The notes below the pieces were generated by a model. That model saw only the letters and a list, made by a program, of their open reading frames with translations. It was not told the DNA's origin and searched no databases. A program made the translations under genes and the position numbers. 64,000 nucleotides of DNA from Leucoraja ocellata (lineage: Eukaryota): the NCBI GenBank assembly GCA_036785375.1, contig JAWMAR010000351.1, forward strand, positions 186,001 through 250,000, given 5' to 3'. Of the stretch, positions 45,540 to 57,500 are shown in pieces; position 1 is the stretch's first letter; each line of letters begins with the position of its first letter.

Positions 45540-45975
45540 AACGAATGGGTGACTTTTCGGGTCGAGACCCATCTTCAGACTGAAAGTCGGGAGGGGGAGA
45601 TACAGAGATATGGAAGCGTAAGGTGTGAGAATGCGACATCAAAGGGGATGGAGATCAAGGGAAGCAAATGTTACTTGAAGTTAGAAGTCAATGTTCATAC
45701 TGTGGGGTGTAAGCTGCACAAGCGAAATATGATGTGCTGTTCCTCCAAGTTGCGTTGGGCCTGGACTGATAATGGAGGAGGACCAGGACAGAAAGGTCAG
45801 ATTGGGAATGGGAGGGAGTGTTAAAGTGCTGAGCAACCGGGATATCCAGTAGGTTATGGCGGACTGAGGGAAGGTGTTCAGCGAAACGATTGCAGAGCCT
45901 GTGCTTGGTCTCGCCAATGCAGAGAAGTTGACCCAGGAACGGCGGATACAGTAGATGAGGTTGGAGGAAGTGCCT
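45540..45975 (-). mobile_element. Penelope-like 3' fragment with hammerhead-like terminal repeat
   Basis: CIGETKHRLCNRFAEHL; CTGAAGATGGGTCTCGACCCGAAAAGTC on the minus strand. Confidence 0.85.
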
Positions 45976-46439
45976 CACCCTGGAATCAGGCTAACGAATC
46001 TTCACTGGACTTCATCAATGGAAGGTATATACTTTTATAGGTAAGAATAACAGTGCACAAACTTCCAGATGTGGACTTGTCTAAGCTCATCAAAATTGTA
46101 GTGCTTCTCTGCTCAAGTCCTTCACGATGAAAGCCAATGTGCCATTTGCCTTCCCAATTGCCTGTGGTGCCTGTATATTCCTCAGTGACCTTTGAACAAA
46201 TGAATGAAAGTTATGCAAAAAGCAACGATGATCAAGGAAAGGTGGAGCCCGCAATGGTCCATTAAAATGTGCGGTAGGTGATAACGAGTTATACAGACAG
46301 CATTCGAACATGATATTTAGGAGGTATACTCATCTTTTGCTTATATATGTGTAAGAAGGGGCTGCAGATGCTGGTTTACATCGAAGATAATTGTGTGTCT
46401 AACATCAGCTTGTATATCTAGGATTGCAAAGGCCAACAA

Positions 46440-46704
46440 AGGGCGGTTCATATTTGGAGTGGTTGCCATGGTTATCAACAGCAAGCAGAACCCGGAAGTC
46501 CAGACGCCCGCTTTGAGTGGGCGGGGCCAGGTTCAGGGGAGCAACCAATCGGAGCGCGACAGGATCCGTTGAGGCGATTTGAATGGACCAACCAGAGGCG
46601 GTGAAAGCGCATCCGGACGTGACGTTCGGCTGCACATCTGTCGGAAGTGGCTGCAAGCTTCAATCAACCGCTTCAGGTGGACGTTCGCGACGGAGCTTCA
46701 CAAG
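46440..46704 (+). promoter_or_regulatory. odf2: odf2 CpG-rich promoter and non-coding first exon
   Basis: X-box GTTGCCATGGTTAT 46462, ETS CCGGAAGT 46492, GC box 46518, CCAAT 46545, CHR TTTGAA 46578, GTGACGT 46619, ETS CGGAAGT 46642, and strong donor CAAG|GTGAGG at 46704/46705. Confidence 0.75.
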
Positions 46705-46714
46705 GTGAGGAAGA

Positions 46715-47250
46715 TGGACGCAAAATGCTGGGTTAACTCAGCGGGACAGGCGGCTGCTCTGGAGAGAAGGAATGCGTGAGGTTTCAGGTCGAGACCCTTC
46801 TTCAAACTGAGAGTCAGGGGAGCGGGAGACTAGAGATAAGGAATGGTAGTAAGGTGTGAAAACGACAGATCTAAATGGTTCTAAACAGATGCCGATCATG
46901 GAAATGCAGATAATATGGCTGAGGAGGATATGACAAGGTGGCGTACAGTCAGTACAATTAATCAGGAGGACAGTGAAACTAGTCGGAGAACTAGGGTGGG
47001 GGAGGGACGGGGTAAGACTTTCATTGTGTAAGAAGGAACTGCAGATGCTGGTTTAAACCGAAGATGGACACAAAAAGCTGGAGTAACTCAGCGGGACAGG
47101 CGGCAGCATCTCTAGAGAGACCCTTCTTCAGACTTCCATTGTTCTATCTGGGACATATGACAATAAAAGACTTGACTATTGAGAGAGAGAGAGAGAGACA
47201 GAAAGCAAGGTTTACTTGAAGTTCGATAAATCAATATTCATACTGGATGG
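46715..47250 (-). mobile_element. Penelope terminal-repeat/3' fragments directly after the odf2 first exon
   Basis: Two copies of the gctggagtaactcagcgggacagg motif. Confidence 0.7.
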
Positions 47251-47474
47251 TAACTAAGGGTTATCAATGGAGCCGCTTTCAGTCATTTAACCAAACAGTG
47301 GCATGGGTGGATTCATTAGTGAAAGCATGGATCCCTTCGGTTTAATCAGTTCCGTTTTTAGAAGTGTTGTCAACCCGCGAAGACAATCAAAACGGGGCAG
47401 TAACTTCTGCTGGGTGACAAAAATGATCACAATTTTACGTGCCCAGAGAGATCGCACTATTGGTGGGCCAAGTA

Positions 47475-47680
47475 TGTGTAGAAAGGAACTGCAGATGCTG
47501 GTTTAACCGAAGATAGACACAAAAAGCTGGAGTAACTCAGCGGGTCAGACACCATATCTTGAGAAAAGGAATAGGTGACCCTTCGAGAAGACCCTTCTGG
47601 GTCTCGACCCGAAACATCACCTATTCCGTTTCTCCAGAGATGCTGTTTGACCCGCTGTTACTCCAGCTTTTGTGTCTACC
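47475..47680. mobile_element. Self-inverted Penelope terminal-repeat dimer
   Basis: tagacacaaaaagctggagtaac ... gttactccagcttttgtgtcta. Confidence 0.8.
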
Positions 47681-47854
47681 TCCTAGTTCTGAGGGAAAGG
47701 CTGAATCAATGAACGTACCGCGTCATTCTGGTTGCTTGGGGATGTTGGAGAGGAGGTGAAACAACAGGATTGTCGATGGTGCAGTGAAGTGTAAAGGCAG
47801 CGTGCCTTTTGGAAGGCGAGCAGCCGCTTCTCTACACTCTTTGGGTGAATAGTT

Positions 47855-48177
47855 AGGTTAATTTAGAGATGCAGCATAGAAACAGGTCCTTCGGCCCACC
47901 GAGTCCACGCCGACCACCGGTCACCCGTTCACACCAGTTCTATGTTATCCCACATTCGCATCCACTCCCTACACAATGGGGACAATTTACAGGGAGGGGT
48001 CAATTAGCATTCAAACCTTGCACGTCAATGTGTGTGAGGAAACCGAAGCATCCAGAGGAAACCCACTTGATCATAGGGAGAACATGCAAACATCACACAG
48101 ACAACAGTACCCGGCGTCAGGGTCGTACCCGATCTTTGGTTCTGCGAGGCAGGCGGTCCACCAGCTGCGCCACTTGT
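47855..48177 (-). mobile_element. V-SINE (HE1-like)
   Basis: Family consensus. Confidence 0.75.
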
Positions 48178-49804
48178 TGAAGAGAGGTGGTGGGGGTTGA
48201 CATTAACCAGTGGCGAGATGTTCTTATAGGTGCACCTATAAATTAGGTGCTCTTCTCTACATATCTCACCGGCCCCTTTAATCAATCCCACGTTTACCTT
48301 CGTTTCCTTGGATGGAACGACTGCCAACAACCACTTAACTCATCGGCGACGAGGTTTAAGTGTTATCGACCCATTAGTCTGCTGGTATTTCAGTCTAGGA
48401 TTGCGACAATCACTTGTTCACAATCTGGACGTCGAAACAGACATACATACTTTTAACAAACAACGACACTGACGTTAAGGGCATGTGCCCAAGCTGCCGT
48501 AGGAAATTTTGAAAGAAACTCGATACTAAGGCAGCAGGCATAAGAGACCACTGGTGCCGGAATTTGGAGCAAACCACATAGCTGGTTTGCGTTGGTCTTT
48601 ATTTGAAGTACATATTATACTGGAAGTCTTGCAGACGTAGGGTGTGACCCATTGTAACGATGATAGATTAGCTTTGTGACACTGGAACATCATTGTTACT
48701 CTATAGTTTAAGTTGAGCTGTAACCACTGTGAAAGGTAGACAAAAATGCTGGAGAAACTCAGCGGGTGGGAGTAGGTGCTCCATCTAGTACCTCATGGTT
48801 TCCAGCTCCAATTCCCTACCTCCCCGAACTCAGACTCGGGCAGTATATGTGGAGTGAATAGACAGGTGACTTTTCAGGCCGGGATCTTCTCCAATCTGAA
48901 GAAGGTTCCCGACCTCAAACATCGTCTGTCCATTCCCTCCACAGATGCTGCCCTGCCAACTGAGTTCTCCAGCAGTTTGGTTTTTGCTCAAGATTCCAAC
49001 ATCTGTGTCTCTGTAAACTGCAGATATTGAATCTGAAAGAGTAGAAAATGCAGGAAATATTTTGCTGGCCAGGTGGCATTGGTGAAACAAAGTTAATATT
49101 TCAGCTCACTGACATTTCATCAACCTGAAATACATTCTGATTCCCTCTCCAAAAGTACTAACTGATCTGCTGAGAATTTCCATCATTTTCTATTTTTTTC
49201 TTGGATTTCTACCATCTGCGATATGTTGCTATTGGATACATGAGAAGCCAATTAACTGAATGCTCTGCTTGAAGTTACTTACTTGTTTGAAAGCAGCTGC
49301 CTTGATAGAGCATTTAGAATTTCAACATAAATCATGGTGTTTGCAATATTTGAGCTTCACGATGACGTTTCAACACAAATCTATCTTTATGTTTGCTTTT
49401 TTTGCAGATGTGATAATCATGAGTGGTTGCATTATTAATCTTATTGCATAAAGGAATTCAATTGAATCTGCATTGTGTTGTTTCATTTTAATTCAGTTCA
49501 GATATATGCTTTATAATGAATGCCACTTGCAAACAACAGTGCTGGAAATAGAGTTCAATTCCACAGAAAATTGATTTAAATCACGATAAATTTTGGGAGG
49601 GAATGAAGTATTCTCAGTTGAAACTTTTCTTTTTCTTTCATGCCGATGAAGAATTGTTACCCAATATTTTAAATAAGTTGAGTCTTTTGATTTTGATTAC
49701 TAACTGATTCACAGTAGTTTAGTTTGCATATAGTCTGGGTTCTCAAAATAGTTGCATTGCTACTACGATGGCAGTATACTGTTCATCTTCTTGAGCATCC
49801 TTGG

Positions 49805-50090
49805 GTTTAGTTTAGAGAGACAGGGCGGAAGCAGGCCTTTCGGCCCACCAAGTCTTCGCTCACCAGCGATCCCCGTATGTTAGCACTATCCTACACACTA
49901 GGGATAATTTACAATTTTTGTGAAAAAAGCCAATTAAACTACAAATCTGCACATCTTTGGAGTGTGGGAGGAAACTGGAGCACCCGAGGAAAAGCCACAT
50001 GGTCACAGGGAGAATGTACAAACTCCATACAGACAGCATCCATAATCAGGGTCAAACTTGGGTCTGCTATGTGAGGCAGCAAATGCTGTG
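49805..50090 (-). mobile_element. V-SINE (HE1-like)
   Basis: Family consensus. Confidence 0.8.
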
Positions 50091-50114
50091 CTTGCCCATA
50101 ACATAGATTTAGAG

Positions 50115-50515
50115 ATAGAAACATAGAAAATAGATGCTGGTGGAGGCCATTTGGCCCTTCGAGCCAGCACTACCATTCATTGTGATCATGGCTGATCGTC
50201 CCCTATCCCTAACCCATGCCTGCCTTCTCCCCATATCCCTTGACTCCACTAGCCCTTAGAGCTCTATCCAACTCTCTCTTAAATCCATCCAGTGCCTTGG
50301 CCTCCACTGTCCTCTGTGGCAGGGAATTCCATAAATTCACAACTCTCTGGGTGAAAAAGTTTTTTCTCATCTCAGTCTTAAATGACCTCCCCTTTATTCT
50401 AAGACTCGCCCAACATTGAGAACATTTTTCCTGCATCTAGCTTGTCCAGTCCTTTTATAATTTTATATGTTTCTATAAGATCCCTCCCTCATCCTTCTAA
50501 ACTCCAGTGAATACA
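50115..50515 (-). mobile_element. CR1-clade LINE 3' fragment
   Basis: EMRKNFFTQRVVNLWNSLPQ. Confidence 0.85.
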
Positions 50516-50524
50516 AGATTCAAC

Positions 50525-50817
50525 ATGAAACAAGTGTTTTGGCCCACCAAATCCTTGTCGACAATCGATCACCCATACACTAGTTCTATGTTATCTTATT
50601 TTTGTATCCTACGAACTGGGAGAAAATACAGAAGCTAATTAACCTCCAAGCCTGCACATATTTGGAATGTGGGAGGAAACGAGCACCCAGAGAAAACCCA
50701 CCCAGTCACGAGGAGAACGCACGAGGAGAAAGTCTGCACAGACAGTACCCAAAGTCAGGATTTAACCCAAATTCAAATCTCTGGTGCTGTGAGACAGCAG
50801 CTCTACCGCTGTGCCGT
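50525..50817 (-). mobile_element. V-SINE (HE1-like)
   Basis: Family consensus. Confidence 0.75.
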
Positions 50818-51487
50818 TTTCTGTGTCATTTAGTTACCTTTGTCAAATGTCTTGATGGCCGGCATTGAACCAAAGAGTTCCAAATGATCCACTCCAGACA
50901 ATCAATTCTATGTTTTCGCTACCCATCCTACTTGATCCTTGACTCATAACAAAAGCAGGTGTTGCAATTGTGTATTGATATGTACTTTGTTAGAAAGAAT
51001 GGGCTGAATATTTACTCCTTGAGGTGAAAATATTGTTCTATTTCATTTGAATTCAGTCTTAAGATTGGTCTTGACCCGAAACGTCGCCTAGTCCTTTTCT
51101 CCGTAGATGCTGCCTCACCCGATGAGTTTCTCCAGCATTTTTTGTCTACGTTCTATTTCATTTTGTTATTTTGAATATTTTTTATATAAAATGTTTCTAC
51201 ATAAACGATCTTGTATCACCTGGATAGACAATAGTAATTTTTTTCATTGAGAACGTATTTGAAGTATCAAATGCACTCCCTGAAATAAATTTCTGGACGA
51301 GCACTTAAATTGCCACGGTGTGGATGATTAAGGACCAAGATCTAGGAATTTGTGTAAATTAGTATTTGACTGTTGGAATGAACTGACAAACCTGCTTCTC
51401 CGTTGTATGATTCTGTGACCAGAATATTTTGAAGATCAGCAGAACCAATTTGATTCTTTACATTACTTTGCTCAGCTGAGAAGAGAA

Positions 51488-51589
51488 ATGAAAACAAGAA
51501 CCTCTCCTCTACTTCATGTTCATGTTGATGAAACTACTCCTGTTCACGTTCATGTCAAGAAGAGTCCGAAACAAGGAAAGAGGGTCCAG
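51488..51589 (+). CDS. odf2: odf2 first coding exon (acceptor at 51476)
   Basis: HVHVDETTPVHVH. Confidence 0.93.
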
Positions 51590-54500
51590 GTAATTACATA
51601 GTTCTAGCAATATAAAAATACTCGGTGTCAATCTTGCACGCTTTCCACCTCGCACACCTCTCCTTGATTTGTGCATGTTTCTACAACTATTAAAATATTT
51701 TCATCTTCCATGTTTATTGCCTTTTAAATTGGAATAAATTTGATTTGCTCTTTTAAAAAATAATCTTGCATATTCTTACTCTTATTTTGAGTGGAAATTG
51801 CTCTTTAAGGTCAGCACCAAGATACAGTTTATTCACACCAATAACTGTACTTGCAATAATTGTACCTTCATCAATTGTCCTTTTAAACTGGGAAATTTAC
51901 AGTAAAATCAGGACACAAGTTGCACTGATGTATGTTATTTCTTCCAACATCCCATCATTTGACAGCTTTTGGGAACTTCAGTTTGGGAACGCATATGATC
52001 TCCACAAATTCTCTTGGCCCATATGTTTGAGAGATTGCAGAATTTGTAATTTACAGATTGCAGAGTTTGTAAGAATGACACCCAAATATCACAGTTTGAA
52101 AATTATGTTGAGCAAAGCTTAACTTGCACGCTGACCTGTTGTCCTCAGATGGAAGTGGTGGAGATATATTCTGCTGGTTTTCACCATTGTGGCAGTAGCT
52201 GTGTATGCAGCTTGGGGATTTTTTTGCAAGAAAATTTGCCTCTCATCTGTTTTTGCTCCATCCTCTATTGCACACTCTTCCCGATGAAAGCATTTTCCCA
52301 CCTGCTCCGTCCACTTTTTCACTCCCTTTTGCTGTTTTCTTGTCCCTTCCTCCTGACCAAGTAGAAGATTTCCTTTGTAGGAAATCAGAAGTAAAAGATC
52401 ATGGTGGAGATATAATCCTTTCTCTCTAACTTATTGTCTCCACATCAAAATATTATTTAGGTTAGAACATAATGCTACCATGGTTGTTTTGCCAGCACAC
52501 TGCTTAGCATGTTTCAAGTGAACCCTGCACCGTTTTTGATCTTTCATGAAATTCTCACAACATTGACATACATTGCACCTGATGGCGTTACAACCTTTTT
52601 ACTTTCAATATACAGCAGAAGCTGAAAGGAGCATTAGAATGTGGCAATCTGCGACCATGCAGCAAGGTAAAGACCAAAGTACCATGGATTCCACCAGGCA
52701 AAACGTCAGTAAGAGAACTTGGCTACAAATGGGAGGTTTGTATAATAATTCCTTGGATATGCTTGTGGTTTTGATTTAAGAATATAGTTAAAGTGGGGTT
52801 CGTAGTTTATATTAATGTTAAAGTTTATATTTAAGTTCTGTTGTCATAATGATTTTGGAGAGAGATTAGGGAGATTTGAGGGTGAACTATAGTGTGTTTC
52901 TCTGCTATTTATACAGATTTTTCTGCTGCTCTCATTGTCTCACATTTTCTCAGAATTCTTAAAACAAAGCCACTTTTTCTAGTAAGTCCAAAAACCTGGC
53001 TGGAGCAAGGTGATGGTATGTCTGTACATTTTTGCATTTTACTGAACAGTGAGCTTGTGCTGTCAGTGGCTTTGAAAGTGGATGCTTAATTTTACATGAT
53101 GGCGAACAGAACTATTTCTTGAGAATACAGTGAAAGTCAGACTAGTTTTTTTATACCACTAGATGGTGTAAATGTGCAAATGGAACACTCAAAAGAGATG
53201 TTGCTTTCTTCAGAAATTGTAATTAATTTAATGGTTTACATAGCATTATTACAAAATGTTTATTACTGATTCCATAGATAATTGCAATACAACACATCTA
53301 ATCATTTTGGCTGGTAAGTAGCTGAAAGATAAAGACTGGGATGGATCATCTTAATTCTCTGGTCTATGCTGAGGTAACAAGAGTTAACTTCCATATTCCA
53401 AATGTGATGGAAAACCTGCCCATAATTGCATCATTGGATTAGTAACTGTCAGTCCCAAGTGCACATCAACAAATTTTAATAAAGCTGGGATGATATTTAG
53501 CTGTAGTGCTTAGTTTTTAGTTTAGTTTGGAGATACAGCGCGGAAACAGGCCCTTCGGCTTGCCGGCTCCGCACCTTTTAAGATCTTTAGGTTGGGCCTA
53601 TCATGCTTGATCAGGACTACTCTATTTTTCTGGGTGTTTCAGCTTTTATTTGTCTCAAGATGGTAATAACTTCAAATCTACATTTTGTTTGGATAAGGTG
53701 TTGATTATTAGTAACATTTGCTGTCATACTATTTTTATTCCAGGGTCCAACACATCGACTGGATATAACACCTATTGACACTGAGAAATTCCACTCAACA
53801 CTTCACCTGAGTGACCTCTCCACTGATGATGAGGAAGTTATACATGGGAAGATGAATCAGTATGAGAAAAAAATCAACTGTCTTATGAAGCAAGTGGGAT
53901 CATTAAAGAGCGAGGTAAGATTCTAGTGCAGCACGAAGGAAGATGTTATTTTACAGGCTGTTAATGGCATCCTTGTACTGTCGCACCTCTAGGGATTTCA
54001 ATGGGTTTCACAAAATAAAGTGCAGTAAGTTTTGTATCATCACACACTTCACTTAAAACATGAACTGTTGGCTACATTCAAGACTGGTAAGTCTGGTGTC
54101 TTGAATTGCATTGCTTGAGGGAAGAATGCCGGCTACATATCTACAGACTCATTGACATTAAGCCTGTCTATACATTATGATTATGGCAAGTCTCTTATTC
54201 TGTCCAATTCCATTAATTCTATTGGCATTCAGGAATCTATCTTGGCCTTGAATACATGCAATTACTGCGCTTACACAGCTCTCTGAGGCAGATGAATCCT
54301 AATGGTGATTTATGTGTAAATTATAGGATGAATTGAGAAAGAAAAATCATTTGCTGGAACAGCAAGAGGAGGAGCTAAACCTATCCAAGCAGTTGATTGA
54401 AGAGAAGGAGGTGGAATTAGCTGAAGTCACCAAGGAGCTTGTTCTTACTGAGCATAAGAATGAACTACTACAAAGGAGCATTGAAATGATGGACCAAGAA

Positions 54501-57500
54501 CATTCCCGGTACAAAGTGCTTTCCTCTCTTCTGTATGATTTTGACCAACAATTTCTCATCCATGCAACTTTCTGCAATTGGGAGAACAGTCAATCTAGGC
54601 AATTACCATAGAAGGACCAGTATGGATTGGCTGATGCACAATAAATATTATTTAACCTAGTAGATAATATTAGCAAAGAATGGCATTAAATTGAGTCTAT
54701 TGAGAGTGTTGATAAAACCAAATGAATTGGAGTTCTGGATTCATTTTTAATCACTTTTAACGAAAAATTTGAATAACCTCTATTTAAAAATTTTATAAAG
54801 GAGACTGACTGAGAATATGTGAAACTATATCTCCTAGATACTAAAGCTAGTTAAATGAGCCACATTTGACTTTTTCTAACTGGGTCTGGCCAATATGCAT
54901 CTCCAAATCCACAAGTGTTACTTCTCTTCTTTATTCAGAGGTGACTGCGAATGGGCAATAATTTACCAACCATGCTATTGATACCCAGTCTGATGAACAA
55001 ATTAAATATCCTTCCCTTCCCGCTGAGTAATTATTACTTTGTTCTCTTCGCTTCAAGACATCTTCTTGCACATAATGAGAATTACTGAAGTGCGTGTTGT
55101 TTTTCAAAGCTCAGAAAAAAAACATTGGCGAAAAGGTGACACTGTGTTGAAAAAGCTGGTCGAGGCTGAAATGGATGCAGCTGCTGCAGCAAAACAGGTT
55201 GCAGCTCTACACAGCACTATCAGTAAGCTGGGCAGTGTAAGTATAACTTTTTTAAAATCTTGAACCATGTCATTTTTTGTCTATGAGGAGATGTTTCCCT
55301 TTGCCTTGTAATTTGGCCATTCTACTAATGGAGTACTGCTGAAACAGAAATACTGGAATGATTTGCTGAATTACATGAAATATCTGTTGTTACATGGTGG
55401 TCTACCTTATGTGTAGATATGTTCCATTCAAATGGGAGTATTTGTACAAGACATCACCAATTGAATTGTTCTTTCCATATTTGATAAAATAATTATTATT
55501 TTAGGGAATAAATACTGGAATTCCAGCAGAAGAAAGGTGGAACAGAAGTTTGGGTTTGGCTGAACATCCAAATAGAAGTTTTTTGGAGACTTGAAGTTGG
55601 GTAGAAGTGTTTTTTTAATGTGTTTTCCTGAAACTAGGAAATTGATGCCTGAAGAAATAGCTACTGTTTGTGAGGTACGGTACCAGAAGATGTGTATGGG
55701 AGCATAATACTGTAAATAACTTAGGAATCTTAGCCAAAACTATGGTACAGATCGAAGCGGCTCCTGGTTGTTGGAGGGGGTGGGGGGTGTGTAACGGATG
55801 GTATCAAATTATTTTTCCTCGAGAACTGAAATAGTAAGAGTTTGCAAAAATATTGGGTGCAAAAGTGCAACTGGACTTTGTCAAGAAACAGTTGGAAACA
55901 GATAGAAAAGTTTGTCACTATTCAGTGCAGCTGTGGAATGCTGTGTCAACGTGGATAGGGAAAAAGAGAAACTGATTAATGGAATGATTTGTAATCCCAA
56001 AGAGTGTAGAGTACAAATTTCTCAATGGTCCCTTTTCTTAAAAATTTTCTCCAAATTTGCAGTGTGCAACTGCAGTGCCTCAAAGCTTGTTTTTTTCTCT
56101 GCATTAAGGAGAAGCAAATATCAACTTCAGAATGTAACTTCTTGACACGTCAGAAGGAATTGCTATTGCAGAAATTGGAGACATTTGACATAACAAATCG
56201 AGCAGTTCGGGAGCTACTAAGAGAACAACATGCACAGGAGGTAAGAATTTGTCTGTGCTTGGATTTGCCAATTCTCTTCCGTAGTTGTACTCAATTAGAA
56301 AAGCTTTCTCTTCTGTTTCACTTTAATTGGAGTTGGGTCATTCTGTACATTTGATAATAAATGTCCAAGGTAGATTTTTCATGGTCTAATCTCCACTTTT
56401 TTTTTTAACCCAGGCTGATGCTTTGAGGCTATTCGAACTAAAAGAAGCCCTCCTTGAAAAACTGGCTCGGTCAGAAGCAGAAAATGCGGTGAGAAGAACA
56501 TATTGCAGTTGGTGACATTGTTTATGACAAAAGATCTTGACTGGTCTGAAGAAGGGTCTCAACCCGAAACATCACCCATTCCTTCTCTCCAGAGATACTG
56601 CCTGTCCCGCTGTGTTACTCCAGCATTTTGTATCACCATCTGTTTATGTTTTAGTTGTGCTTTCAATGGTGGCTGGAATGGGTAAAAAAAAAAATTTCCA
56701 TAACATCATTATTGTACAATTTTCCAAGTACCTGTACTTGTATATGAGAGAAATTGGTTCAGTTGTGTTGTCTTCTGCACTCATGTAGCTTTTCTTGGGG
56801 ATGTAATAACTATTTAGGAAAGATCAATATCTATGGATGAGATAGATGGTGAAGATTGGCAAGAAAAATATGAATAATCATGCTTGTAAAATGATAAACA
56901 TTAATTTATAATTCATATTATAGAAAATCCCAAAATGATTCAGAGGCACATAAATTGACATGAGGCAAAAAAATCAGCATCAACAAGCCTGGTGAAACTG
57001 TTTTTGAAGTATTAGCGAGAAATATTCAGGGAATGAATACCAGAGGTTAAATTTGATATGGTGTAGTGGACATGATGGGGGTTGTGGAGAAGGTAAATGA
57101 GGCTAGAGTTGATAGAATGCAGAATTCTTGGGGGGGTAGTAGGATCAGAGGAGAAGCCAGGTATGTGGCATAAATGAACTCTGAGGCCTTTTAATACAAA
57201 TATGGGAATTTTAAACACAGGGTGTTGTTGGACTAGGAGCCAAATTAGATCAGTGAGCAGGGAGTCACCGATAGATGTAGTGTGGGTTGGTATGTGCTAA
57301 CAAAACCTTACGGGATCAGGTTTATGAAAAATATTTGATAGAGGCCTATCAGACGGGGTTTCGGCCCGAAACGTTACCTATTTCCTTTGCTCCATAGATG
57401 CTGCTGCACCCGCTGGGTTTCTCTAGCATTTTTGTGTACGAAGCATAGTTGACTCTGGTTTACTCTAGATTGCAGCATTGGATGAACTAAGAGAAGAACA

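Noticed and set aside
46405-46779. Short ORFs at the GC-rich patch
   Set aside because: Better explained as the odf2 promoter and 5' UTR exon; no recognisable protein.
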